From positions 47,368,001-47,432,000 of the forward strand of contig OZ038378.1 of assembly GCA_964036045.1 (NCBI GenBank): DNA of 64,000 bases. The letters are read 5' to 3'. Origin of the DNA: Eutreptiella sp. 'Long Island Sound 2002' (lineage: Eukaryota > Protista > Euglenida). Position numbers and translations under genes: made by a program. The notes under the pieces were generated by a model that worked only from the letters and a program-made list of their open reading frames with translations, had not been told where the DNA came from and made no database searches. This document shows, in pieces, positions 36,137 to 49,360 of the stretch. Positions within the stretch are counted from its first letter, which is position 1; each line of letters begins with the position of its first letter.

Positions 36137-37440
36137 TACACAACCTGCTTATGCAGTTTTTTACCCTGGACAGCTCGAAAATCGAAGTTTCCGAAACTTA
36201 CTTTTTTGACATCGTGATCACCTAAAATGACCATCCAAGGTATGTAAAGCATGTTTTAGGCCGTATTTACGTGTTTTTCACCCGATTTGGGTATTAGGTC
36301 CAAGGGGGGGGTCTTCCAAGGGATTGGTACACAACCTGCTTATGCACTTTTTCACTATGGGCAGCTCAAAAATCGAAGTTTTCGAAACTTATTTTTTTGA
36401 TGTTGTGACCACTTAAAATGACCATCCAAGCTATGCAAAGCATGTTTTAGGCCGTATTTGCGTGTTTTTCACCCTATTTGGGTGTTAGGTCCGGGGGGGG
36501 GGGGTCTCCCAAGGGACGGGTGCACAACCTGCTTATGCAGTTTTTCAACCCGGGCAGCTCAAAAATCGAAGTTTTTGAAACTTTTTTTTTGATATTGTGA
36601 CCACCCAAAATGACATTTCAAGCTATGCAAAGCATGTTTTAGGCCGTATTTACGTGTTTTTCACCCTATTTGGGTGTTGGGTCCGGGGGGGGAGGTGTCT
36701 CCCAAGGGACGGGTGCACAACCTGCTTATGCAGTTTTTCAACCCGGACAGCTCAAAAATCGAAGTTTTCGAAACTTGTTTTTTTGATATTGTGACCACCT
36801 AAAATGACCATCCAAGGTATGTAAAGCATGTTTTAGGCCGTATTTACGTGTTTTTCACCCTTTTTGGGTGTTAGGTCGGGGGGGGGGGGGGTCTCCCAAG
36901 GGACGGGTGCACAACCTGCTGATGCAGTTTTTCACCCCGGACAGCTCAAAAATGGAAGTTTTCGAAACATATTTTTTTGATATTGTGACCACCCAAAATG
37001 ACCATCCAAGCTATGGAAAGCATGTTTTAGGCCGTATTTACGTGTTTTTCACCCTATTTGGGTATCAGGTCGGGGGGGGGGGGGGGGGCTCCCAAGGGAT
37101 TGGTACACAACTCATGCAGTTTTTCACCCCGGACAGCTTTAAAATGAAAGTTTTTGAAACTTGTTTTTGTGATATTGTGATCACCTAAAATGACCATCCA
37201 AGGTAGGTAAAGCATGTTTTAGGCCGTATTTACGTGTTTTTCACCCGATTTGGGTATTAGGTCCAAGGGGGGGGGGGTCTCCCAAGGGATTGGTACACAA
37301 CCTGCTGATGCAGTTTTTCACCCTGGGCACCTCAAAAATCGAAGTTTTCGAAACTTGTTTTTTTGATACCGTGATCACCTAAAATGATCATCCAAGGTAT
37401 GTAAAGCATGTTTTAGCCGGTATTTATGTAGTTTCCACTC
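36137..37440. repeat. Tandem satellite, ~190-196-bp unit, ~7 copies
   Basis: t(a/g)cacaac starts at 36137, 36328, 36521, 36714, 36908, 37104 and 37294; length differences lie mostly in the poly-G tract; a single related monomer lies at ~33720. Confidence 0.92.
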
Positions 37441-40400
37441 TATTTTGGGTGTTTGTTGCTCGCGGTAGATTCTCTGCGAGGTGGACTTGCCGAAGGCAAT
37501 AGAATTTGGAGGATCTTGTTCAGCCCAATCAACATGGCTGGCATGGCCATACTAGCTGGCTGCAAAGGTTAGAGTTAGGTTTATTTTGATGGTATGATTA
37601 GATAGAGGGCAAGGGGAGGTAAGGGGAGCTTGTGCCCCCCCACCGCCCCAACACCCCAAATCGCCCCACCTAGATCCAGCCCCCACCACCACCCCAAATC
37701 GCCCCACCTGGACCCCGGCCCCAACCGACCCTCCCGGAGCCCCCCCCCCCCCCCAAGCCCCTCCTAGCACCCCCCTATTCGCCCCTCTTGGAACCCCCCC
37801 CCTCCCATCCCCCCCCCTCCCCCCCAAGGGGCCTCTGGCCAATAGTTAGTTGGGGGGGTAGTTGGCATCAAGAACCGAGGGCTCGCCCCCCCCCCCCCCA
37901 GGGTCGCCCCTGGCGGGGCTTGGAGTGGTCATTTGGTGACACTACGGGTAATCGAGCACCCATGGGGACCTGCCTAGTGGGTTCCATGCGCATGTAGCTT
38001 GGGACTGGGCCTTGTGAAAGCCCCGAAGTTGTTGTTGTTTAGGCTATTTCATGGCATGTAAAAATCACCTCGCAGACTCTGTTAGATGAAAACCACATTG
38101 GCTCGCAAATGTGGGAAAGGGCCACACAACCCCCCATTTGGGCCTATTCAAGGTGTTGAATTCTTGCTTTACCCTTTGTAAAAACCACTTTTTGTCCAAT
38201 AAGTGCATTCCCCACTCAGTTTTTGGTTGGCAACCGCCTTGAATCCGCCACTTGAAACCGCATTTTTGCAGGGGGCGCGGGAAGGGTCAAAATATTTCCC
38301 CCGTCCCCTTTTGGGGGCAAAAAAACCACAATTATGTTGTTTTTTGCCCAGTTTGACTTGAAAAAGTATTTCTGGGTCGTAGATTGTGTGAGCGAAGTGG
38401 CACGCGCGCTGTCACAATTGGTGCATTTTTCCGTCCATTTATTGTGCCCACTTTTTTGGCGACCTCAGTAACTTCATGGTAACCGCTTTGAGGGGTCCAA
38501 CTAAGGCTACTAGGATACCAAAGGATGCCTTTTGCACCCTGTAACCTTGATTAGGGCCGCTCATGGCCCGTGTGAAAGCTGCGAAAGAATTGTTTGTACT
38601 AAATGTGACCTACATTTGTTCGGTGAAAAATACTATTTTTGCGGTGACCCTTGATGGTCCTCAAGGCTACTTGGGCCATTGGTGGGTGGTGATTTGGTGA
38701 CAATGGGTGTACCTATAAAGCCAAGGGGAGCCACATAGTACCATCTAGACCATCTTAGGGGGATTTATGCGGCTTCGTAAGTGCCATTGTGTCACGAGGG
38801 GGGGGGGGGGACTCCGCGGGTCAACCCCCCCCCCCCAAGGGTTCGCCAGTCGGCTATTCATTGTCAAAGGTGCCGGCCTCAGGAGCACACTAGCAGCGAG
38901 GGTCCCTCACACTCCATGGGCACCAAAGGCGTCGGAAAGTAGTTTTTGTCCACTGTGCACGCCACCAGTATCCTTAAACCGAACCTTGACCCTAACGCCC
39001 ACTCCAACCCTAGTATTGGTAATGGTTCAATTTTGGTGGAGTAATTTTCACGCGTATTCATGGGGGAAAATGTGTAATTGTGATCATGCGTATTTGGCCC
39101 CGTTCTTTTACGTTGGGCGCATGTGTAAGGTGCCGGCTAAGACCATCTGGGGTGCACAAACAAATAACAACATCCTATTTGACCTCATTTTTAGCAATTA
39201 AGTCCAAAAGAGCCCTCAAAATCGGCCATTTTGGTACCAGAAGCCGCTCAACAATGGGTCAAAACAAAGTCAAAAAATAGATTCCTTTCATGCTGGGCTT
39301 GGGCTGGAAGTAGCCATCTATAGGTTACACAAATGCTTTCGCCTCTTTTGCATGCCACAATGTGGTAGTAGGGGTTCCATTTTTGTTGATTCTATTCTGG
39401 TATTTGGCTTTCGCTAGGTTACACAAATGCTTTCGCCTCTTTTGCGTGCCACAATGTGGTAGTAGGGGTTCCATTTGATTCTATTCTGATTGATCGTATT
39501 CTGGTATTTGGCTTTCGCGTCACTGCAATGCAGTAATTACCAGCAACGTCCCAATATTACGTCACCCTTAGGGTTTGGGGTTGGGGCAGGATTAGGACTA
39601 GCATTCGCACTACGGGATGCGGACTTGCCCCTTCCTAGGTCGTTGTTGCCACGTTGTTTGCTCCTGTTTTTTGGTCAGGTTGTGTATTGGGGGAGATGTC
39701 CCCTAAATTCGGAAGGGGAGGGAGGTTCGTGCCGTAAAAATGAGTGGTTGTATTGTGTTGCTATGTGATCATAGCTCTCATGTTAAAACATACCGCATGT
39801 GTTACTTTCACCCAAAAAAGCGCATTGGAGAGAGTCTTGGAGGAAGACATTTTTTTTCGTAGGGGGTTTTCCATTTTGTGCCAAAAGAAAGCCCTGCAGA
39901 GCACTTCTTTGATATTTATGCTATCCTATACCCACGTCGTGTCATGTTGTGAATTTCTCGTCTTCATTTTGCACTACATCCCGGGAGTACACAAATTTAT
40001 TCTCTTTTATATGTGTCATGGGTGCAATGCAAGCTAGTAGTGCCTAACATATCCGATGTACCTCAGTAAATACCATTTGTCCTAGGACTGGCTTTTGGTA
40101 CACGTTGGAACATAAAGGTTGTTCCGGTGAAAACATTCCAAATGGGAATAGTTTTCGTCCAGAACATTTCCTACCGGAACACTACCAGAACAAGTTCCAT
40201 GGACCAGAGAACCGGGTCCGTTGCCATAAGTTCCGAAGTTTGCAAATGATGGCATTGGTCCTTTGTTTGCCTATCCAGTGTGTCTAGGGCCTATTTTTGT
40301 CATTAGGGGCCTGCTGGTATGTTTTGTGGCATTGTTTCCACACTCCCCTAGTAGTACACATTTCGAATTTTTTTAGTCCGTCTTCAACAGAGTTGCTATT

Positions 40401-40600
40401 TCGTGTTCAGCGCAATGATTGTATGTCGTTCCAACGGTGGCGCAGGACCATACCCGTTATGTTTGTGGCTTGTTGCCGTGTCTAGTGCTCGTTTTTGGTG
40501 GTGTTCTTTGGTACAAATGTTACATACGTCCATAAATGCCTTCCACTAGGGTTATGCATTTTGAATTTTGGTCATCCATGCTCATTTTTCTTAGGTTACC

Positions 40601-41214
40601 ATGCCTGCGAGAAAGACCCGGGTTAAGGAAGTGACCACCCACCTTATCCATTTGGCGGGTGCAGTGAGCTTTCAACACGGGGATGGTAGGGGATCTTAGA
40701 CTAGGGGGGGCGGGGGGGGGGGGTTCAAGGCGGGGAGAAGTTTATGTTGTTTCTTGCGACAAGAGGGTGTGGGGGATTGCAAACGGCAAGGAGGCCCTTG
40801 CCGCGGGGGGACCCCCCCCTTAAAGGGGAAACATCGGTGAGGTTCCGGGCGGACGAGGAACTTCTTGGGCTGCCGAAGGCCGCCATGTAGCGGACCCGAA
40901 GGCAAGGCAAGAAGTTCCTGGAGAAGAAGAGGAAGCCGAAGGAGGCGGGTGAAGAGAGGAAGGGTGACGACTAGGATGAGGATGCGGACACCGGGGACGG
41001 GGACGGGGATGGGGATGGGGATGGGGGAGACCAAGGCGATGGGCCAGGGGCAAGTGAGGGTGCACCGGGGGCTAATTGGGATGAGCGTATGGGGGTGGAG
41101 CTCACTGGGTTCGAGGGTGGAGGGGTGGTGGGTGACGGAGGGATGGTCGGCAAGGGAGAAGGAGGGGTAAGTTCTGGGCCGCCACGCGCCACGCCGACCA
41201 CGCAAGAGGAGTAG
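40601..41214 (+). pseudogene. Decayed ORF with Lys-rich then (Asp-Gly)-rich tail, upstream of the family A paralogue
   Basis: MPARKTRVKEVTTHL...; ...DEELLGLPKAAM*RTRRQGKKFLEKKRKPKE...DD*DEDADTGDGDGDG...TQEE*. Confidence 0.3.
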
Positions 41215-42599
41215 CCGAGGGACATACAAAGACACCAGCCTCATGTGCCCTTGCCGGCACCCTAGTGTACAATGTATGTTCACTTAGCCTTTATCCACAC
41301 CTAGCTTTTTGTGTTGCTTGCCTGTTCCGGTGGTGTTCCGGAAACTTGTTCCGGTGGTCCTTGGTCAACAACTTTTTTTTAATGAATACGACAAATCTCA
41401 AAGTACTAGTGGGGTGCCCCTGGGCTAGCAAACGACATATTTCCGTGGCATGTTTTGGTGTGCTTGGTTGCGGCGTACATGAACTTTGAAATTTTTTCGT
41501 TGCGGCCATTTTTGTTTGGACACTGGAAGCATTCGGCGGGAACAACTTTTGCGTTCAAGCGCGTGCCAAGGGGGTTCTGTGTGGTCTGGCACATGTTTGT
41601 TGTGCACTGCACGTTGCTGACACCCATGCCCGACTCACATTTTGCATTTGGGATACACTCCTTGTTGCCTTCTGTGCCTGCCTCATTTACATCACTATTG
41701 TGGTAGGGGCTACGCGCTGCTTTGGAATTGATGGTGAATTGCAAAGTATGTAAATTTTCATTGATTGTGGTGATGGAAATTTCTTCAGTAAAACAACCCC
41801 TGAAAAGTGGATCTGAGAACCCCCTAACCCCCCCCCCCCCCGGGGTTGTTCCCAAATACAAGACGTTGTATGCCATTCTCTACTACGTTTCTTTCATGTG
41901 CCGCATCCTTGGGGTGTTCCGTTCCAGGGTAATTTGCCTCGCCGCGGGTTTAGGGAACTCATTGAAAGTTCTGCAGTAGGAGGTTCCCACTCAACCGCCT
42001 TTCACCTTGTGCGGGTCTAGTACGTCTCTTGTGTTAGGTGGTGCTGGGGGCATAGCACCCGATTCGCATATTTCAGGTTTCCTACTATGATCACATGCCA
42101 CATTTATGTTACAATGCTTTTTGGATCCTCTACAGTGCGCCACCCCACTATTACGTCAAAAGCGCTCTACACGGCCTTCTTTGTATGAAAAGATGGTACA
42201 AACAGCATAAGGCTTCAAAGGAACATTCTACAGAGTGCTTTTCTTGTCTTACAAGGGATGTATGGTATTTTGAAGGCCTGGCGTTCCGTTCCATGAAAAT
42301 TCGCTCTAATGTCTTGGTAAGTGAAGCTTGCAACCGTCCTTGTCTTTGGGTCGCCATCGCTCACCGGTCCCGTTTTGGTGGCAAATCTTTTTGCGGTGCT
42401 ATGGATCCCTCTCCTTTGTGGCATTTCTCTATGTGGTCCACATTCAATGATCCAACGTAGATGATTGTTGCAGCTGCGAAGGATGATGTGGCTGGGAGTT
42501 TTGTATGGTAGTCCTACGACAGGAGGCTACAGTTGCTGCTTTGGGTGACACGCCCAAGCATTGGTACAAGCTTTTGATTCAGGACACCTTTAGCCACTG

Positions 42600-44000
42600 G
42601 CGTTTGATGCGGTTGCATTGTAAGCCAAGGGGTAAGAGGACGCTTGATGAGGTTCGGCCCGTTTCAAGGAAACAACGTAGGACACTTGCACGACTTCGGA
42701 CCCGTGGTGCACGCATGCCCTAGGAATGAACAGATGGCCAAGAAAATTTAGAACTCCATGGCTAGCAAGCAGTTCCTTGTCTAGTTTGACAACTTTTACA
42801 CGAAAAATTATTGTCTTGATCGCCACAACCACAACAGGTCCCTGAACCGCACTGCCATTGCTGTCCTACCACCTAATCGTTGGTTGGGCATCTCTTTAGG
42901 TCCATCGTCGCTCCCCACTGTTTGGGCACATGTTTTTCCATGTGTAGTGCTGTGTAGTGCTCAAGATGGTTTGTATGGTGTTGTGTGTGCACTCATTGCA
43001 AGCCCAGTTCGCGGTAAAGAAATCTGTTGTGTGCTTGATGTGTGCCGTACAAATGTGCGCAGTGTGCAATGGCAACCCTTTCTCCTTTCTCCTTGGCAAA
43101 AAAAAAAGACCGAGTCACAGCCTTAGTTGTTGAATCTCGTGCACAATTTGAGGAAGGTTAAGGCTCATACACGATGTGTTCGGCCACCGGTTATGGACAC
43201 AACCTCATCAAATTATGTTCCTTACATCCTACGTAGGACACAACTGCCGCTTTTTTTTCCAAGCCCGCGTGTAGTTTTTGCTGTGTGGCACCCCTTTGGT
43301 ATTGTGGCACTGTTTGTTTGCGCCCGTTTTACCCTTTGTGTGTTGAACCTGCCTATGGTAAACTACCCATGGGATCAACAGCACCGTCCTTCGCCCAGGT
43401 CATTTTGGTTGAACGGATTTTTGCCTCCCTACGCGTTCTAGGGTACATTTATAAGGATGTTCTTTTGAGGCACAAGAACACGGCTGCCGGTTGCGGAGGT
43501 ATCTGGTCGTCTCGGCGGAAGGTGATTAAGAAACAAGTTCACGCCCTGTGGTCACTATTGTATGAGTACAGACCCGCCATCGTGGCATTGTTGGTTCTAG
43601 TACGGGACAGCAACGGGTCATGATTATGTGCAACGGGCGGTACAAGCGAGCCCTTGAAGATTATTGAGTATGCACTGGTGATTCTATTACACTTGGTGAA
43701 TGGGATTGAGCACAAGGTTGAATGTATTCACACATTGTCAGTAGCCCGTGTGTTCTGGTTCGAATGGGTTACCGAGTCCCCCGCCGTGGGTCACGGCGAG
43801 GAAATGTGTGAGGCTCTGCTAAGTTGTCTTGTGTCTGACCTTCATAGTCTGCAATGTGTCGACATATTGGAGTCGGCTCGTGATGCTTTTTTTAACATAA
43901 AGCTGGCCGATAATCATATCAAACAGCTTCAATCATTAAAGATTGGGCATGCAAACCTCCTCCAGGTTGAGTAGCACCTCTAGCAAGGTGTTCATGACTA
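42600..44000 (+). pseudogene. Putative DDE transposase pseudogene, distant paralogue of family A
   Basis: FDNFYTK...SLNRTAIAVL (D 42788), VFAVWHPF (43286), LWSLLYEYRPAIVAL-VLVR and HGEEMCEALLSCL (43792-43812) are colinear with 13126-14170. Confidence 0.55.
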
Positions 44001-45478
44001 CGTTCTGGGCCCTTTTCCGTTTTTGAAGTGGAATCACACTACCACGTGTAGTGTGTAGGCTGATTGACCTGAGATCTTTGGTTTTCCACGCTGTCCCCCA
44101 ACTCCTTTACCCGACGATCACTACAAGGGGATATGTTCTAAAACATGGTGCAAGGTTTGGTTGGGAAGCGAAGGGTGAGGTCCCGGACACAACAGTATTT
44201 GCAAAATCCGGTTCCCCCCATACTCCAGGACCGTGTTAACAATTATGAGCGCATTGCTCATGGCAGTGACAAAAAGAATTTTAGCTAGGTAGTCTCGCCA
44301 AGACATAATGCAGCGGCGGGCCGCTCATGCGCGAGCACTGCACGTGTGTGTTCGGGCTGATGAAGAGGGGGCGGAGGGGCAATACGTGAGGGATCATGCA
44401 AAACTTATTTATGTGAGCTTTAAGTCCTCAGTTCTGAGTTTGCCAGCTGTGCATATGTTGTCTAAGGATGAGTGGTTTGTCTCCGAGTTGTGACATGTCT
44501 TTCCCGGGGGGGGGGGGGGGCTGGATGCAATGACAATTGCGTGTTTTGGCCCCTGATTCTCCCGTGTTTATCTGTCCATTGCAAGAATTTTGGCCCAATT
44601 CAAACACAAGATCTCAACATGGCTCCGAAGCAAGTGCCTGTAGGGAGTGGGAATCCACATGCCACAACACATTTTGCCCATGACAGCGCAGAGGAAAGTG
44701 GATTGACTCATAGCCTGCCCTACAAAGTCCCATGCAATGACCAATCCCAGCAAGCCAGACTCCCCCCCCTAACGACTAAAGTCCGAATGAAACACGAGCT
44801 CGAGGGCCAAGTAAGCATTTTTGTGCTGGGAGCCCCGTCACGATATCTAGCAAGAGTGCTATGCTTTTTCTCTTTCATGCCACCCATCAAGCTCCCAAGT
44901 ATGATGCTCAAATTTGACAAACAACACAAGAGCAGAAGAAAGGATAGACACGGGTATGTGATGAGAAAAAGGGGACTAATAGAGTGGGCCCTCTGCTGCC
45001 GGTTCCTCAGAAGTCTTTGGTGAACATCCTTTTGTGGAAGGATGAACGTGTGTTGCAAGCCCCCCCCCCCCCCCCCCGCGCCGTCCCTGCCAGTGATACC
45101 CCATGTTGCCTGACGAAATGCGTGATGAATTGCCGCTGGCGGCTTGTTGCACTGTGTGCAAGAAGTCAATACTATCTCCTCGGGGGACAACATATATTTG
45201 GAGCTCCGCTTTCCCTCTACAATCGGGCTTTGGCTGTGTGGGTAGACATGAGGTTAATGGAAAGGTCAAGGACGGATTCTGGTTTCACATTTGCATAATA
45301 GTTGCCCAAATGTTGCTTGGTCGTGCTGATTAGTGCTTTGCTGGAGTGTGACCGGGCTATGTGGTCGTACCCATGGCCCGTGGGAGCCCGTGGACTGTGC
45401 GATAGTGCAAGCCTTCCCGTTACACGCCCTCCTCTCTTTTTTTGTTGCAGATACCATAAAATCTTACACTTCCTCACG

Positions 45479-47880
45479 ATGGCTGCTATGCGCGCATCTC
45501 TCCCCTCCTTGCCTCCCTTTAGCGTTGCCGCAGCGTGGCGCAACCGCCACATCCCGACAAAGAAGTGGCAGTGCCCCTGTGGCAAGGTCCCGCCAATAGC
45601 GCAAGCGCCACACAGCAAGGCATTTGGCATCCACTGCTCGGGTGCCCAGCATACGGACTGGGTGCGGTACGGCAAAGTCGTGCCGGAGTACTTTCAAGGT
45701 AGTGTCAACTCAGCTACTTCCCTACCGAGCATGCTCATCCGCGTAGACAAGCATCCACAGCTCCTAGGGGCTGTCCGGCTCTCATCTACACTGCCCGCAG
45801 CTGGTGCGGCCGCTGTAGCAAAGCCGAGGCCTGCTCTCCAGGTGCCAGGCCCGGATGTAGACGCCGCAATGGAGATCGACCTTGACGATCCGATTCCTCT
45901 TTGCGAGCGCCAGTGTCCCGGTGTTCTCCCTAGGCAGGCCCCCACCCTGCAGCAGGTGCGGCGGATATACCCTGTCATACGGAGCAACTACGAGAAGCCG
46001 CCGTGGGAGTGCTGCATCCGCCGAGGGGTACTCGCCCTCCATTGCCGCACGGATGGTCGTTAGGAGGACATAGCGGGCCGTTATGGCCCCTGTCTGCGGT
46101 GCCTGGATGTGTTATCCGGGAAGCATGCGGCTAGGCTAAGCAGCTGGATGGACACCGCCGTGCATCCAAAGGACACAGAGCCCCATTATGGGCAAGGGCC
46201 CCAGGTGCTATCCCGCCGCCTCAACGAGGCCAATGACAAGGGGTACGTTGCCCACGAGACCCGGGGCGAGTTGCAAGAGGGCCTGCACAAGTTGCGGCAA
46301 CATTGCCAAACTTACAAGGCGCTCGCTGTTGCCATTGCGGACACGACCGTCCCCTTGCTAGCCGTCGTGCAGCACGCCTCTTGTAGGCCGGATGGGCTCC
46401 TGCCAAATTGTTGGGGCACCTGTGTGATGCTTGGAGCGTGCAGTCCTAGGATGCCCAGGACAAGGATGCCGCCGCACTAGCAGCACAGACCGTTGGGGGC
46501 CCAAGATGTTGCACGCACTGAACAACGTTGGGTACCTGCGCAGCTACGACACGCGCTGAAGGCACGTCCAGGGAGCCCCCCGTGTTCGTCCGAACGAATC
46601 GCCGGGTTCGCCCTGGCTTATGGAGGTCCTAGTCTACATCCCGGGTTGCCATGTGTGGCATCTGTGCATGGACGAAATCCATGTGGAGGATGCATCATTG
46701 TCTCTCGCGAGGCACTCGCAGTCGGATTGTGCGCTACTTGTTGCCCGCACCCCATGCCGTTGGCTACTGGTGATGATCTGGAGGCTCTGGCAAAGCGGCT
46801 GGAGGATGATCTAGATACAAAATCAAGCCGCCAAATAGGCGACGGTGGTGTTTGTGGCTCTACATACAGAGGAGGGGTACGTTGCCATCCCTGTGTGGGT
46901 CATCCCCACCTGCGGCAGGTTCAAGGCAGAGCATTGCCATGCTGTACGGAAACACATGGCTCAGCTGTGCGGCAATGCCGCATTTTGGGACCGCCACGGT
47001 TTTCTTCTGTCCGCAGATACGGACAGTGATGCACGGCGGTCCCGTGAGATGCAAGCTGCACTGTATGCACAGGGTGCTAGCACACTCTCCTATATGCCTC
47101 AGATTCCACACATTCCATTCCAAAGTGATGAGTTCGGAATGTGTGGGAACTTCGACCCCCCCCCCCCCTTGATCAAAAGGCGTCCCATATGTTGGGGAGG
47201 ACTTCCCTTATTTTGCTGGGTGAGTTGTCCTTTCGTGTGCTGCTGCAGAACCATTGCGACGACCCCAAGCCCGTTTTGCGCCCCTGTCATAGGACAAGCA
47301 AGAGGTTGAGCCCGCGTTTGACCTCGTGAAATCAAAGGCTGCAATAGGCCGCGCAACTCGCGACAACCCTATCCTGCCGCCCCCTCTGGTCCATGCTCCC
47401 CGAGATGCCGTTGTTTTGCGTACATCACTGGAAAAATTCATAGGGAGGGTTTATAACACAGAGCTGCCGCCAATGGTAGCACTGGAAGACATTGTTGAAG
47501 CTAGATCAATCATTTATTTCATCCACCTTCGGTGTCAACCATTCCGGGCTATCTGGTCCTTGCATTTCGTTAGCACAGTCCAGGCAATCCTGGTGATGGC
47601 AGCCTTTGTGCACTCAGTTTCGAAAAACAGGCATGGGGCACAAAAATTTCTTGCATGTCTGTGTGGCAACCAGAGGGCAGTGGACACCTTTTGCCTTCTG
47701 AGGACACTGGTGATCGACTGCAACTGCTGGCTGGATGAGGTGGTAGTACGGTGGTCGGCTGCACTGGTTGTAGCCACAATCTACAGACGCCACCCGACAT
47801 GGCAGCACAAGAGGTCTCGCTATTCGTCCATTGACCGCGTGCCGCCGCGCCACTACACGGCGGACATGGACATCAGCTAG
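45479..47880 (+). pseudogene. P-element/THAP9-like DDE transposase pseudogene (family B, copy 2), near full length
   Basis: Zinc finger WQCPCGK...HCSGAQH (45566); HLCMDEIHV (D 46671); LSADTDSDARR (47016-47024); HCDDPK (47258); GNQRAVDTFCLLRT (expected catalytic E read as Val, 47680); IYRRHPTW. The order matches P-type D...D...DxxH...E; several stops and frameshifts. Confidence 0.65.
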
Positions 47881-48839
47881 GTAGACTTGTCATCGGTGTG
47901 CCAGAGGGCTGCCGACAAGGCTTTGGCCCTTGTCCGTGTGTTGTGGCGTGATCTGGTGGTGGGACCACGGCCAACGTCCGGGAAGCGACGTGCGCCATGG
48001 GGTGGTTCCAGTGTTGGGGCAGCGGGATCAAGAGGGGGAGGACACCGGTGCAGATGAGAACCGTAGGGGGCATGGGAGCCAGTGAAGCAAAAGCAGGGGA
48101 AACACAGGAGGAAGGGAGCAGATGGAAGCCGGCAGGGGCGATGCAAGGGAGATGCATGCGCGATGCAAGGGCGCCGCACCGGCGATGCGTGGAGGACCCC
48201 GTGGGCCTTACCCTGGCAGCAACACGGATCAAAGGCTAACGTGAGGTGCAAAGGGAGGAGGAAGGAGGAGAACAATGCACATGTGTAGTCTGACTGGTTA
48301 CTGCAAAAGTCAGGGCTAGCTCACCATGACAAGGTACATGCAGGGACACAAACAGGCCAACTGACCGTGACTGTAACCCACAACAGGGAGGAAGGGAGGC
48401 GAGTTGGGTGGCAGCGAAAAGGGGAGGCAACAGGGAAGAGGGAGGATAGAGGGACGAGAGTGAGAGAGATAGAGGGAGGGGGGCAAGACGGGAGGGAGGG
48501 GGCAGGCACGCCGCCACTGACAGAGGTTGGAGAAGATGGTGGACACAGGGACCAGAGGGAACGGGGAAGGGGGAATGGCGGCGGGCTGGGGGTTTGGGAA
48601 CCTGGCGCTCCGTGAGACTGCCCCGCGATCAGGGGCATGTGATTGGCCACGCGTGGCCATGGTAGCCGGGGCACCCTTCATGGGAATTCACTGCAGTTTC
48701 CCTCGAGGTGGCGGAGCAGGGGGAAGTGTGGGGTCCTTGTCGTGCATATCGTCCATGTTTGCTTGTGTAATGCAAAGTGCGCTCCGGAAGTTGATGCACA
48801 AGTGTTGTGCTTTCTGCGACGAATTTTCCGATGGGCACT

Positions 48840-49360
48840 AAAACAGGTGTTTTGTGCATGCTCTTTTTCTGTAGGTATCAAGATTTTGTGGAGCAGCACG
48901 CAGACCCCGAAGTTCAAGCTGAGCATGGCCGCGTCAAAGACCGCTATCGGCAGTGCATGGCACTGGGATGGCGCCAAACACAGGCGAACAACCAGGTGAG
49001 TTGTGCATGCCACTTTGTAGGTATCATGATATCGTGGACGAACAATGTGCGCAAAGGAGTGCCCAAACTGATCTGCCAGTGGGCGCGGTAACAAACAAGA
49101 TGTGGGCAGTGCATATCTGGATGGCGTTGACGACAGGCAAAAAAACACGTGTGTTTTGCATGCCAGTTTTCTGCAGGTATCAAGATTTTGTGGACGCAGG
49201 ATGTGCGCGAAGCAGTGTCCAAGCTGATGTTGCAGTGGGCGAGGCAACAAACAAAATGTGGGCAGTGCATCTCTGGATGGCGCTCAAGACACGCAAAAAA
49301 ACAGGTGTGTTGTGCCTGCCACTCTTCTGCTGGTATCAAGATTTTGTCAAGCAACACGAA
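48840..49360. repeat. ~3.5 tandem copies of a ~145-156-bp unit
   Basis: ggtatca(a/t)gat(t/a)t starts near 48874, 49020, 49176 and 49331; the last copies read as in-frame 52-aa repeats in ORF 48953-49495. Confidence 0.75.

Larger units (their letters stand above)
33070..39020. repeat. Mosaic of ~2.4-2.6-kb macro-repeat modules
   Basis: The ...gttagat(c/g)aa block starts modules at ~33090, ~35510 and ~38075 (partial at 31412); shared gcgaggtggacttgccga at ~33937/37476; 34010-34270 resembles 38790-39012. Confidence 0.7.

Noticed and set aside
33840-37580. True telomere
   Set aside because: Only 2-3 degenerate TTAGGG units at each site, embedded in dispersed repeats.
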